From: Ophelia neglecta
Lineage: Eukaryota
Length of the DNA: 64,000 nt
Assembly: GCA_965285935.1 (NCBI GenBank)
Contig: OZ260664.1
Span: 83,452,001-83,516,000, forward strand
Reading direction: 5' to 3'
The position numbers and the translations under genes were made by a program. Positions 52,122 to 64,000 of this stretch are shown here, piece by piece; the stretch's first letter is position 1, and every line of letters begins with the position of its first letter. The notes beneath the pieces were generated by a model. That model was not told the DNA's origin and searched no databases. It worked only from the letters and a program-made list of their open reading frames with translations.

Positions 52122-55100
52122 CAGGTGGCAGAGGTCATAAGGAGAGTATCACATGACTCAAATGTGTTTGTGTGTGATGCTAGCATTCAGCTTCAAGGTG
52201 ATATGTAGGGTCCTTATAAGGACAACAGGTTTATGATGAGAACATCATTGAAGCCCTAAGCTACACCTTGTGTCGGAAGATATCAGTGATTTTTCTCTAA
52301 ATTTCAAAGGCCACTTATGAACTCTGTTATGAAAACCACAACACAGTGTTTTAATAACTATTTTAACTATGCACTGTGGTGGATAGTGTACCCTGAACTT
52401 TTATCATGATGAATGTCATTCACAATACCTTTACAGTTCACTTCCACCTACAAAGGGACAGCTTTTTAATTTAGAGAACTTTTCAGTTTCACTACAAGTG
52501 TGGAGGCCCCCACCATACCTCTTTATTAGTTAATAATTCAGGTGTGTGACCACATTATCTGGCTCTCAGACCAAGGTTCTCTGCCTCATGCAGTTTGATA
52601 CAAATGTAACAGTAACTAGGCCTACCCAATTATTTTCTATTTCTTGTATCTGAAAATAACTCTTTGTGAGCTTTTGATAAGAATTTCACCAGTGAAGACA
52701 ATTTGGCAACTTTTGTATCATACATGGATTGATAGATGTTGTACAAAGTGTTTTACCAGGCAAATGTGTATGATTTTCCATCAGTTTAATGGTCCTTAAA
52801 AACAACATTTAACAAACCCTAAGGATTTTCAATTGACATGAATATATGCGACCTTTTCATAGAAAAAGACATTGGACTATCATTCTGAATTGTAATAAAG
52901 TGTGTGAAAGGGTATCATACTTTCATACAGTCCTTCTCATTTAGTCCAGACAGACATTTAGTAAAACACACATTGAATTCATGTAGATTTGCATCAGATT
53001 CAATCCATCTCTACATGTATTATGATGCCATCCCCCTGATAGAAGGTATATTATCTGATGTCCTACTAGTGATCAGCCCAGCCCATACCTGGGCTGGCAC
53101 CTGGCTATATGTATATAAAATACAATCTACAGTTGGATTTGTTTCATTTTATTTGATTGATGTGCTACATATATTCTGGTACTAATAGCCTAATTTAAAT
53201 AATATTTTCCAGATGCTGGGGATATTACTGAGAACCATTCATAACGACAAGGTTTGAGGGTACATGGATGTGTTTCAAGAGCAGTAACATGCTACTGATC
53301 ATAATCCAGTACTACCAAATCTTGTTTTATTTCTTTACTGGCTTCTATGAAGATGTGGTCACGAGTGTGTTTGTATAAAACATGGGTATTTATGAGATCT
53401 TATCGTGTATGTATGTATGTACAACAAATAGAACAGTGACCGTGTAAGTTAAAGACACAATGGCTAGGTACAATCTATTTGGATATTATGTCTCATGCAC
53501 TCACAAGGTTACCTCTGATTGGGGATTGTTACTGGCAGGGGGTAGAGTGGAATAATTCTGTCTCTTCACTTTGTTTCTGGAACGTCTGTCTAATTCTATT
53601 GTCAGGTGTGTTTGTCTAGGGATGCTCGTCAGTCATGACAATGTTAAGGTGTTCTGCATGTCCCTGTCAAACACCATTCAGGTCCTGACATTTAAACACA
53701 TTTAAACTGGATGTTCTCAGGCTACATCTTCTCTCATTGTTTACCATGTTCAGTTACATCAGCAGTGTTTGGTAGAGGTCACCTGAACACTCACTGTCTG
53801 AAGGGCAGGCCATTCAAACTATTAAACTGTTAAAAACCGATGGAGTTCACATCTCCATCAGTGCTCTATGTAATGTCACATACTTGTCGGTAAAGTGCAC
53901 ATGTGAAAAGATGTCAAATAATATAAAGCAGAGAATAACTGTATACATTTAATAACTGTGAGACCTTGAATCTGCAGAATTAATATGCATGTTATTATGG
54001 CAATGGTCTCAGACAACATGGTCTCAAACTATCAAATTATTTTGTAGGGAAAAACTTGACAAAATTGCAGAATCTGCAAATGTTTTATGCAACAAAGTAT
54101 GTTTTACAGAAATAAAGATGTCATGACTAATACCTAATTTTATAGATTATTTTTAATCACTTTTTTATTTTTAGCTAGGGTAGAAGTAGGTTGATATTAA
54201 TAATAACTGATAGTGAAAAAAACAACAAAAAGTTAAATCTGATATTTTTCTGAGGAACTGCTACATTCTTTTGCTTTTCACATCTTTTAGCATGCCTGGA
54301 GTAATTGTGACATTTTCCTCAGACCAACTCAAGGAGTAATTGTTACACTATCCTAAGGCCAAACTGGCTCAAATGCAAGTCATTGTATAAATGACTGATC
54401 AGAATTGTTATTTTTTGCTGATTTGTATTACTGAATAAAAAAACTAATCAGTATGCTAGAAAAAGATGCTATGCTACAGAAGTATTCCTGTAACAAAGAG
54501 GGTTCAAACTCCTTTATCTTGTTAAAGTTGCACACTTTTTCCTACAAAAAGTGTTCTCAACTTTTAACACTGGTGCACATCAGCTGGTGATGGGAATGAA
54601 TGTCCTGACCGAGTGAATCACGTCAGCCGAGGGTGTAAATGAGAGGGTAAAACGAGGGTTCAGCGTGATTGCCCAGCACCCAAAGTGAGTAATGGGAGGC
54701 AATTTTCTGCTTTTTACATAGATAATGATAGCCCAGGGCAGAACAAAGCACTTGTTACTGTTGCCTCTATATAAAGGAAGATCAGGTGAGAAGCCACGGG
54801 GAAAGTGTCTTGATAAGCAGTGCTTACCAATAAAATGGGAGGAATTGAACAGAAGAGGAGGGGCTGGGGCGAGGGTAGATAAGACTAGAGCCAGGCCACA
54901 TTAGGAGGGCCCATAACTGTGAAAGTAAGGCAACTAAATGAGCCATATACAACAGGGATTGTCAGTGTGCATAAGGTATATAAAGATTTAAAGGGACATG
55001 GCACTGAAGTTAGATACAGTGCAGTATAAACATGGCAGTAAAGAACCCAAGTGCGTAGTGATATTTTACAAACACATACAAGTTTACAGAAATGATTATG

Positions 55101-58100
55101 TATTGTATGAGCAATACTAAAATGCATAGCCCATTCATGAAACATCTCCCCCCCCCCCCCCCCCCTCCCTTTTTATCTTACTGATATCTCAACTGGAAAG
55201 CAGTAGTTTTTCTCACCAACTGTCAAACTTCAAGTGTCTGTAACCGATAGTTATGGGAGGTGGTTTAATATAGAAGAGTGGCTTCCACCCCAGTTGTCAT
55301 GACAAATGAAAGCAATTACCCCCCATCCCCACCCCAAACATCCAGTTGCCCTTCAGATATGGGGCCATGAGTTAACACTTAAATAAAAAACAATGCTTGG
55401 GTTGTAAAAGTAACATCAAGTTGTACAAAATGGGAACAAAAAATCCCTGGCAAAATTGAGAGACAGGCCTTTATACTTGTATCTTAGAACATACTCGTTT
55501 AATGAAAAGAAACCTTATTATATAGCAATGCAAAAACTCATATTGTTGTTCTGTATTGTAAAACCTCCAGTTTGTTGGTATATTGGGTCCTAAAGCTTTC
55601 ATTAACTTTATTGTAGATAGAAGTTATTTTCCTTGTTGAAAAGATCTGGGATCCTTTTGATCATCAGCTGTCCTCTTTTCCCAAATACCACAATTGCTTG
55701 AAAATGAGGCACACACACTTTATCAGGTTCTTCAGCTTAGTGCCTAACTTTACTAAAAGCCTCAACATGTGTATGAGTGCATGGATTTGATGGACCCATG
55801 TTGTTGTTGATGTTTAGAATATTCAAGATCTCTTTGAACCTATTGAGGGGGAAAAGAAGGAGTTATTTAAAGTATCCCTCTTTTGTATCTTCAGTGATAA
55901 CTGTTGACTTAATATGCCATGATCTGTATATTATTAAGACAGATTTACAAATGATGCAATGACCCGTGAGAGTATTCAGTCACAAACAGTAGACTTCAGC
56001 TCGACTAGTCTTCCCAATTCTCTGGTTTGTTAAACCATGCTCCTTGACTATTGTGTTCTGGTCTTTACCTTTGGGGTGTTAACAAGGTTGCTAAGGAGAC
56101 CAGGTGAGACCAGCCTGTAATGTATCAGAAGTTTAATGGTGTACATGTGCCGATCCAATGGACAGTTGAGAAAAGGGAGGGACTGACTATAAAGGTTCAT
56201 CAGGCATTATTTGTCCTGAGTTTGGTGGGAGTTTTAACAGGTTATAGGTTATATGTATCTATTCTTATGATTTTTTACACAATTTTTATTCACTCCAATT
56301 ATCATGATGGTCAAAATGACCATTGCCCCATATGGTTCTTTTCAAAAAGTGATTTTGTATATTCTATTCTAAACCTCCAACATTTCTGCATTTTGTTGGG
56401 AATTCATTCAATGTCGTGTTTGCAAAGACAAAAATGTACTCCAGAATCCTAAATAATAAGTGTTTGAATAAAGACTTGAATAATATAAAATCTTTATCAT
56501 TCATCTTTAATTCATTGTTTGCCTAATTTTGTGAACTAGAAGTCAGTTAAACTTATTAACTAAGAAGTACTTTTGATGTCTTTGCAAGTAATGTTAAGGT
56601 TAGCTTGGTCATGATTTCTGAGCAGATAAAAAATCATGTTGGTGACCATCCAATCACTGTCCACGCATCCACAAATGTTATTTTTGACTTGTCAAAAAAC
56701 TATTAGTTCTTCCAAACAAGACACAGGAGTGGATACCCAGCCAGCAAAGCCATTGGCTGCAGGCTCACAAACATCAATCCTCAGTTCCCAGATGGTATAT
56801 TCATGTGTTGGTTTGGTTCGACAATTATAAATATGCATGCCAACCTTGACAAAACATAGTGTTATTGAGTTGTTACCAAATATGTTCTTGTTTGCTATCC
56901 AATTCTCACCTGTGGGTATGTCAGTTCATTGATTCGACACCTAGTGTTTATAGCAGAAGCTGAGGGATCAGTCAAGCTATATCAAACAAGGAAACTAATA
57001 TATGCAGAGTTGTAAATACAAAAAGCAGTTTAAGTGTGCCAGTACACTGAGTGGGAGGGGGGGGGGGATTAACTGAAAGAATATCCACATGAAATCCCAA
57101 ATGGGTTATACAAAGACTTGGCAGATATTACAGAAAAAAAACAATATTGTCCATAGAATATTTAAGTAATTATTGATATACATGGAATGTGCCTCCAAAG
57201 AAGACTAACTTACTTCTGACTAGTTTTTAATGCTCAAAACTCAAAAGAGAAATTAATAATTAAATTTCATGTTTACTATATCACTTTATCTTAAACTGAC
57301 ATGGCAGCTAATTGAAGGATCTGGTTAATTTATGGCATTGTGCAGTGGTCAATGCAGCAATCAGTGTTATTGTTTAAATGTGACTTTATTAATTTAGTAA
57401 TTATAGACCAAGATCAGCAAATCATTATCCAAAACAACTTATTACTGGTATGTGCAGTACTTTGTCCCCATGCCCATCCACATTGGGATTCCGGATTATT
57501 ATTGACCAGCAGTTTATTTCTCGGCCTTATTTCCAGCAGTTTTCCATACAAGTGGTATATTTTGTTCATATAATTTCTGGCCATAAATTGTAGCCATAAG
57601 TGGCACTCGTTTTCTTGCCTGGGGCTATCAATCAATGTCATTTAACAATAACCCTAGGCATGTTGCCATTATTAACCATTATTAACTGGCAATAAATAAT
57701 TAGCATTTTAATTGTGATGAATTACTTGGACAGGTGGCCATTGCTGTAAATTCCTGAGTTTGTTTGCTAGTCTGATTGGACGGCTAGAGGAGGTCAGCCC
57801 AGAAATTGTTTGTCCATTGTAGCTTGATAAATAATTGGTTTAATTTCCTGGAAAAAGCTGATCGGGTTTCTGTAAAAAATAATGGTTTCAGATGGTGGAA
57901 TCTGGTAGAATAGAAAACCAGACAACACATGAGTGGTATATTAGAAAAAGATTGGATGCTTTATGTTCCCTGTGAGGCAGTAAGGTCAGACCAGGTCAAT
58001 TCCAGCTCTAGGCTGCACATTTTTATAAGAAGTACAGTAAACTAGAAACATTCTGCGAACTGCAAACATTCATGCATCAGTTTTACGATCATCCTGAAAT

Positions 58101-61100
58101 ATCTAGTTTACCAAAAAAATTTCCTGTGTACCATTACCCTACATACCCTCCTTTCCATAGAAAGTTTCTCTAGCATTTCTGGGTGGCAATATATTTTGTG
58201 GTGAAAATATAGAGAAAATATGATTTGTGAACATCATTGTTTTAATTTATTGCACATGTATGTGTATATCAGAATAATAATGCAGTCTTTATCAAGTTAT
58301 TCAATGGTACATGTATCAACATTTGATCAGTTATATCAACCATGAAAATATTAAGACTTAAAAAGTACTCGTGCATGCTAAATAAATTCTGCAGACAGTT
58401 TATTAAATGATTGGATAGGGGCACATTGACCAGTGTGTATTGATCCTATTTGTTATCATATTTGTTATAATAATTTGTTATTACATCATGGTATAATATT
58501 GAGGTAACTATTTTTTGGCCAGTGTGTATGTTTTCCATTATCTCTGTGATCTCTGCCTGATCAGGCCAGTTCTGGTTCCCATATGGTGCTCTGATATTAT
58601 CACTGTTAACAGGGTAATATCAGGTCATTAATATAAGGTCATCAATCAAAGACTGACTCAGGTGAACCTGTAAAACAAAGACAAGATCATCAGAGTGCAG
58701 TCACGGCTGACTGGGAACTGGTTATATTGAAAATGATGCATCATAGTAGAAAATTGACCTTCCATAAATAGTGCTTTCATAGATAGCTGTCATAGAAGAG
58801 TGATTGATCAGACTCAGATCATTTAGCTATAAACATGTGGTCTAGCTGTCCCAGGATTCCCTGAGTTATTTAGCCATCTCTCCTGAACCCTACAGAACCA
58901 CATGGCGATGGACAGTGCTTTTGTCTGGTGATACCAAAAAACCAAGGTCAAGATTCAGATCCCTAAGAAAATTAAACCACTACATCACTGTCCATTGTTG
59001 TTAGGCTTTCTGGTCCTAGAGGAAATCCTATAAATGGCCATTCTCAGGTGATAGCCTCATTTTAAAAAGGTTTTTTATTGTGTTGTGAACTAGTGATGTG
59101 CCATTCAGACAATAAACAGTGTACTGCAATAAGACAGCAAGGATCACAGACGATGTTCCCATGGAAGTCTAACCTCATTGTCTCCATTGTATCCTAAATG
59201 AGTCGACTCGTATTCCATTTAGCTGTGGACATTAGTTTATGACCAACTAACATTCTAACATCAATTCATATTGGTGTCATCTTTCTCTTTCTTCTGTGAT
59301 TTGCAGAATGCCTTTGTGTTATTGGACACTCAAGTGTAATATTTGACACCATAGTTATTGCTTTCACATATTTTAAGCAGCATATATTACCCATCTTATG
59401 AAGTGAGAACCCTTTACGAGACTCAGTATTCCAGTTCCAATAACATACCTGATGCAGATTAACACTAGAGAGCAGATTATTTAATTATATTGTTTAATTT
59501 AATGATTAGATTTGCTGGCTGTTTCTCTTACCTTTTCCCTCAGGTGTGCCATTTACCTGAGTCTACGTGGTGATAAATCACGTGGTCCTCTCAGTTAGAG
59601 TATCTGTGCCTGTGCTAGTAGTTGTGTTCGGTGCTCTGACAGGCAGTAATTGCCCTGTTAATGAAGCTCATCAAAGGTCACAACCTTTTACCCAATAATG
59701 ACACGAGCCCTACCACCTCTACCTGTAGTGTTGTCGGGGTTTTAGCCGGGGGTAGTCTAGGTTATATTGACTACATGAAATGGAGGTGGAGAAAACATCA
59801 ATTACAACAGGTACAAATTGTCTCTTTTCCAGAGTTTTATCCATATCTCAGCAAGACGGAATGCCTCTTTTTGTCCCTATGAGTAAAAGTTCAAGTGTAT
59901 GGATGAAAGTGGGATAAGTAATTTTAAATATCAATGACCAGGTGAATGCTGACTTCATTATCACTGTATCTGTTAACTAATGTATTAATTTAATACGCAA
60001 GTAGCATTTCATATATTATGTTATAATGAGTTTTCCCTGTGTTTTCCCTCAGAGCATTGTTTAAGAGTTATGCCCCCTGTGAGACACATATTAAAGTACT
60101 TAAGACTGATTGACTTAAGGTAAAACTCATTTCAAAGGGAACACTTGGAACCCCCTGCCAGAGATTTTGTTGTAAGGCAGCCTGTGAACTGTTTAGTATA
60201 TTAAGTATGGGTGAAATGGACTACTTTTTATTGACGTTCAAATCACTCAAACACAATATAACTTTGAAGTCAGTCTAGAGCATTAAGTCTCGTGTAGGCC
60301 AATAGGTATTCTCACTGATCTGAGGTGGACGTGTTGACTTGTCAAATAAGGAGATTAGTCCAGTGAGAGCTGGTCCATGTCTCTCCCAAAGAGAACGTTC
60401 ACTGGACATCCTGTCCTTTGTAACTGGTCACAACTGGCCTGGGATTTGAAGTTCTGAACTAGACAATATGAAGATAGCATTTCTTTTCTGTTGGGTTAAT
60501 ACAATAATGATGTCTGTAACCTGATGAACCACACCACTGCTAAGCCTAGTCGCTCCATCCTCTCTTTGTGTAGGACTCTTTGGCCATTCATTTTGACCAA
60601 GTCTTTTTCTCTACATTTTTCGAATGCATTCAGTAAATTGATACATGAAAACTGATTCTCAGCATGCACACACTCTCGTTCAACTATTCCTTGTGTAAAA
60701 CGGTCTTTTAATTAATTTTCTAAGCAGGTAAATATTAAGTGTAAGGTTCCATTTCATGGATCAAGAAGGATGTTATTACTGCTTGTTAGTGTACATCCTT
60801 ACAGTAAGTTGAATTCAGTATTGAATTTGAAAGGAATAATAATAATAGTATGATACCAAAAAAGTAATTTGTTATGTTTGTTGACTGATGGGTTCCAAAT
60901 GTTGTTATCACAAACGAAAAGATCATAAAGGGCAAATATAAGTCTAGTTAGCCATATCTTTGGCTGACTTAGTGGGCTTCCTTTATTCCTGTCTACCACT
61001 CATAGACAAGTGGTGATGTCACATGACCATTCAACACCCACAGCCCTATGGCTATCATAGGGGTGGGGCATTTTCATATAATTTGTAATTTATATGTAAA

Positions 61101-64000
61101 ATGTAGACTAAACGGTGACCTCATTGGTTGCAGGTTTTATAGTTACGATAGGAGTGATGGTTTCTCACCAGCTGTCTTTGGGGATCACTATCAATAGGGA
61201 CTGTGGCTTTCATGTCCACAGATCCATGGGGGCTAGTCTAGGAACAGGGAGTGTGGCTCTCATGTCCACAGATACGTAAGAAGGGTTAGTCAATAGGCAA
61301 AGATACTGTATGGGCTTCAAACATGGGACATTCACATTGGTAACGAAGGCTCAGACTGTTTTTCACAATGATTCACAATGAAGGTATTAACTGGCTGTAC
61401 GTAATTCTCTTTCTACCAGCTCTCTTTTATAGCTGCTCCCTTCAGGGCAGATAATTTGAGAATATATTAACATCCATTCAAGATTACAAGTGCCACTTTG
61501 GTAATCAGTCCAGATTCTCCTTTTAGACAAGAGCGCAGCAAGTCTAGCTACCGAATCATTAAGTCATTCAGAAGGTCCCAAATGTCTTAGTTTGAAGAAA
61601 AACCATCAAAGGTTTCCCGAAAGATCATCACCGGCTGACACGCAATCACCAAACACCTCATCGCGTGATAGGGGGTGTGATTGTGGGTGTGATTGGGGGT
61701 GTGATTGGGGGTGTGATAGTGTGGACAGGATTGTCTCCATCGGAAGTCACTAGGCCATGGACATATTCTTTCATGGTGTGCATACTTATACTCTGCCAAA
61801 GGGGGAGTGGGAGGGGAGTCGGCCTGGTCTCCAGTAGCCTTACTTGAACTAGTTTGTCAAGTTTAAGAGCCCTTAGCAAGGCAGTTTTTGAAAAGCAGGC
61901 AACATAAGAATATCATTTTTTTTATAGAAGGTAGGTGACATTTTTCAAAGTAGTGCCCTAATTTTAAAACAGACTTTTAAAGCCTTAGCTAAGCATCTTC
62001 ATCTACCCCCTTCCCTCCCTCCCTGGGTGAACCATTAACCCCCCCCCCCCCCCACTTCCTTCCCTTGGTGAAACATTAAGGTTTTTGGAGTAACAAGGTA
62101 TCAATCATACTTCATAGTGTCCAAGAGTTTCTTGTTTCACACAACTGTCATTTGTAACACCTTCAAACACAACTCCAGACTTGTACTGGTCATATAAGTA
62201 TATATTTAGTCAAATCATAGCTTTGGTACATGCATACCACTTAGGCCCAACCTGTCAATAATTTCTATATTTTATGCATATAACCGGTCTGCAATTAATA
62301 GTATTCTGCCTCTTGTTTTGTGGATTACCAGTTTTGTATGTGGAATATCATTTATTAATTATACTTCCCAGCTTCCTAAAATATTCCCTTTTTCAGTTGC
62401 AATCTTTTCAATGTAAAGCCAGAGCTGATGATTTATGGTCCTGTCAGAAGCACATCATAAAAACATATAGTAAATTAAATATTTACCCGAGTACAGGTCT
62501 ACTTTATCTTGGTAATCTTCTTTTTGAGAAATTATTCCTGGATTTGTTTTAATCATTTAGGAAAACATATCTCTGTCCTTTTTTCAGTAATTGATGGCTA
62601 GCAAGGTGTTGAAAGCAGTTATGTTGTTTTAGTCAGATATATTGATCATCTTGAAAATGTCACTTGTTACCTTAGTAACCAAGGACAACAGTGATCTGTT
62701 TGTTATGACAAACTGTCACCAGTCGTGGTTGAGTGAAGATATTGATGCTAATTCCCAAGGGGTCCTGTTGTTTTAGATACCACCCGGGGCATGCTTTCAG
62801 GTGCAACTTCTTTTATTTATTGAGGACCTGATGGTAAATATATATGGTACCTTCAGGCAGTTATTGATAATAGCTATTGACCATCTTCTACTATGATTTA
62901 CTACCCCTGCTTCAATAGCATCCAAGGGACAAGGGCTAGGTTGTCTCTGAGCCAATGAGAAACTTACATGTATTGAAGGAGTTAGGTGAAAAACAAGAGT
63001 CTGGTAACCATGGCAACATTAACTCAGATGAAGGATTCATTCCTTAAGGTCCCAGTCACAGTCCAGATCTCACACCCTCATTCCTGCCCCCACACCCCAA
63101 ACCTGCCCCTATGCCCCATGCCTGCCCCTATGCCCCACACCTGCCCCTACATCCCATGCCTGCCCCTAACCCCACCCCATCCCACCCCGCCCCTACTCCC
63201 CAGAATGGCTGAGAGGAGGTTTTGACAGCTCCTCAAGCTGTGAGTTATGACACTGTTTAGTGGTAAGCCTTACCATAAACAAGATACAGGACAGGAACCT
63301 TACCTCTTGTTATGTGGTTGTGGGGGTAGGAGGGGCTCAGGTTACAGTACTTTGTACAGAGTGAATCTAACAACAATGTACGTCTGGCTCCTTCAATGGA
63401 GTGGGAGGGTAGAACCTCTTCTATACTTGTGTTAATGTCAATCTAGACCTGTCAGACACAATATACTGTCCCTAAAATAATCAGTGAAAGCAATATGGCT
63501 GCTTGATGAAACAATGAACTGAATTGTATCCCTTAAGTTTGCTGAATACCAATTCTTGTTAATGTTAATCATTATGTTGAATGAGTTCTCCTATGTGTGC
63601 CAGTCATCAAATGATCACTGCTTTCAAATAACCATATTTGGGTCATAATTCATTAAACACTGTCTTAGAAGAATGCCATTCATGTTTATTCAAACAATTA
63701 ACAGGTCTGAATGAAAACAGTATGCCAAACCATATTGGTACCCTGAGCTTTCCAACCTGACTGAGTTCAGTCTCCATTCTAGGTGCTTTACCGATTTCTC
63801 TTAATTAGCTGTCCTTTTACAGGTAAGTAGTAAATGTAGAAGGCTCTCTCGGGTCAATCTGGCTCTTAACCTTGTTTACAGACACACTGGAGAGCCCTTG
63901 ATAGCCATTGGTCCATAGTGGGCAGTCCGTTGGTGTATCATTGGCACTTCAGAGTTAAAAGGGTTAATTTGCCATTTGATCTCAGATTGATCAAGGTGTT

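Noticed and set aside
61527-61879. Short ORFs with ITPP/HTPN/GCDW repeats
   Set aside because: Explained by a 12-bp micro-repeat (GGGGGTGTGATT). No frame shows recognisable homology, although a terminal exon cannot be excluded.

Overview
AT-rich, CpG-depleted animal genomic DNA. Abundant TACATGTA and the TE repertoire suggest a marine invertebrate, but the species cannot be named from the sequence. No recognisable host protein-coding gene, RNA gene or CRISPR is present. The window is probably the intron-rich 5' part of a long + strand gene carrying several DNA transposons. (1) 1-12304: the 5' part of an AcademX element, with a decayed intron-containing transposase + XPG/FEN1-like gene on the - strand. 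Two elements are nested in it: an internally deleted ISL2EU (4086-4642, AT TSD) and an internally deleted piggyBac (6026-10607, TTAA TSD). (2) ~24724-31620: a TTAA-flanked fold-back element containing a hAT5-type insertion (25218-26204, 5-bp TSD) directly followed by a 4.6-kb, 73-bp satellite array with an 11-mer block duplication. (3) 35663-39032: an apparently intact two-exon pogo/Passer (DD35D) transposon. (4) Many MITEs, minisatellites and a young SINE-like repeat. In the unique DNA there are candidate + strand non-coding exons, a candidate recursive splice site and a motif module that recurs at about 33.5, 58.6 and 59.5 kb. All family assignments come from motif recognition by eye; no database search was run.
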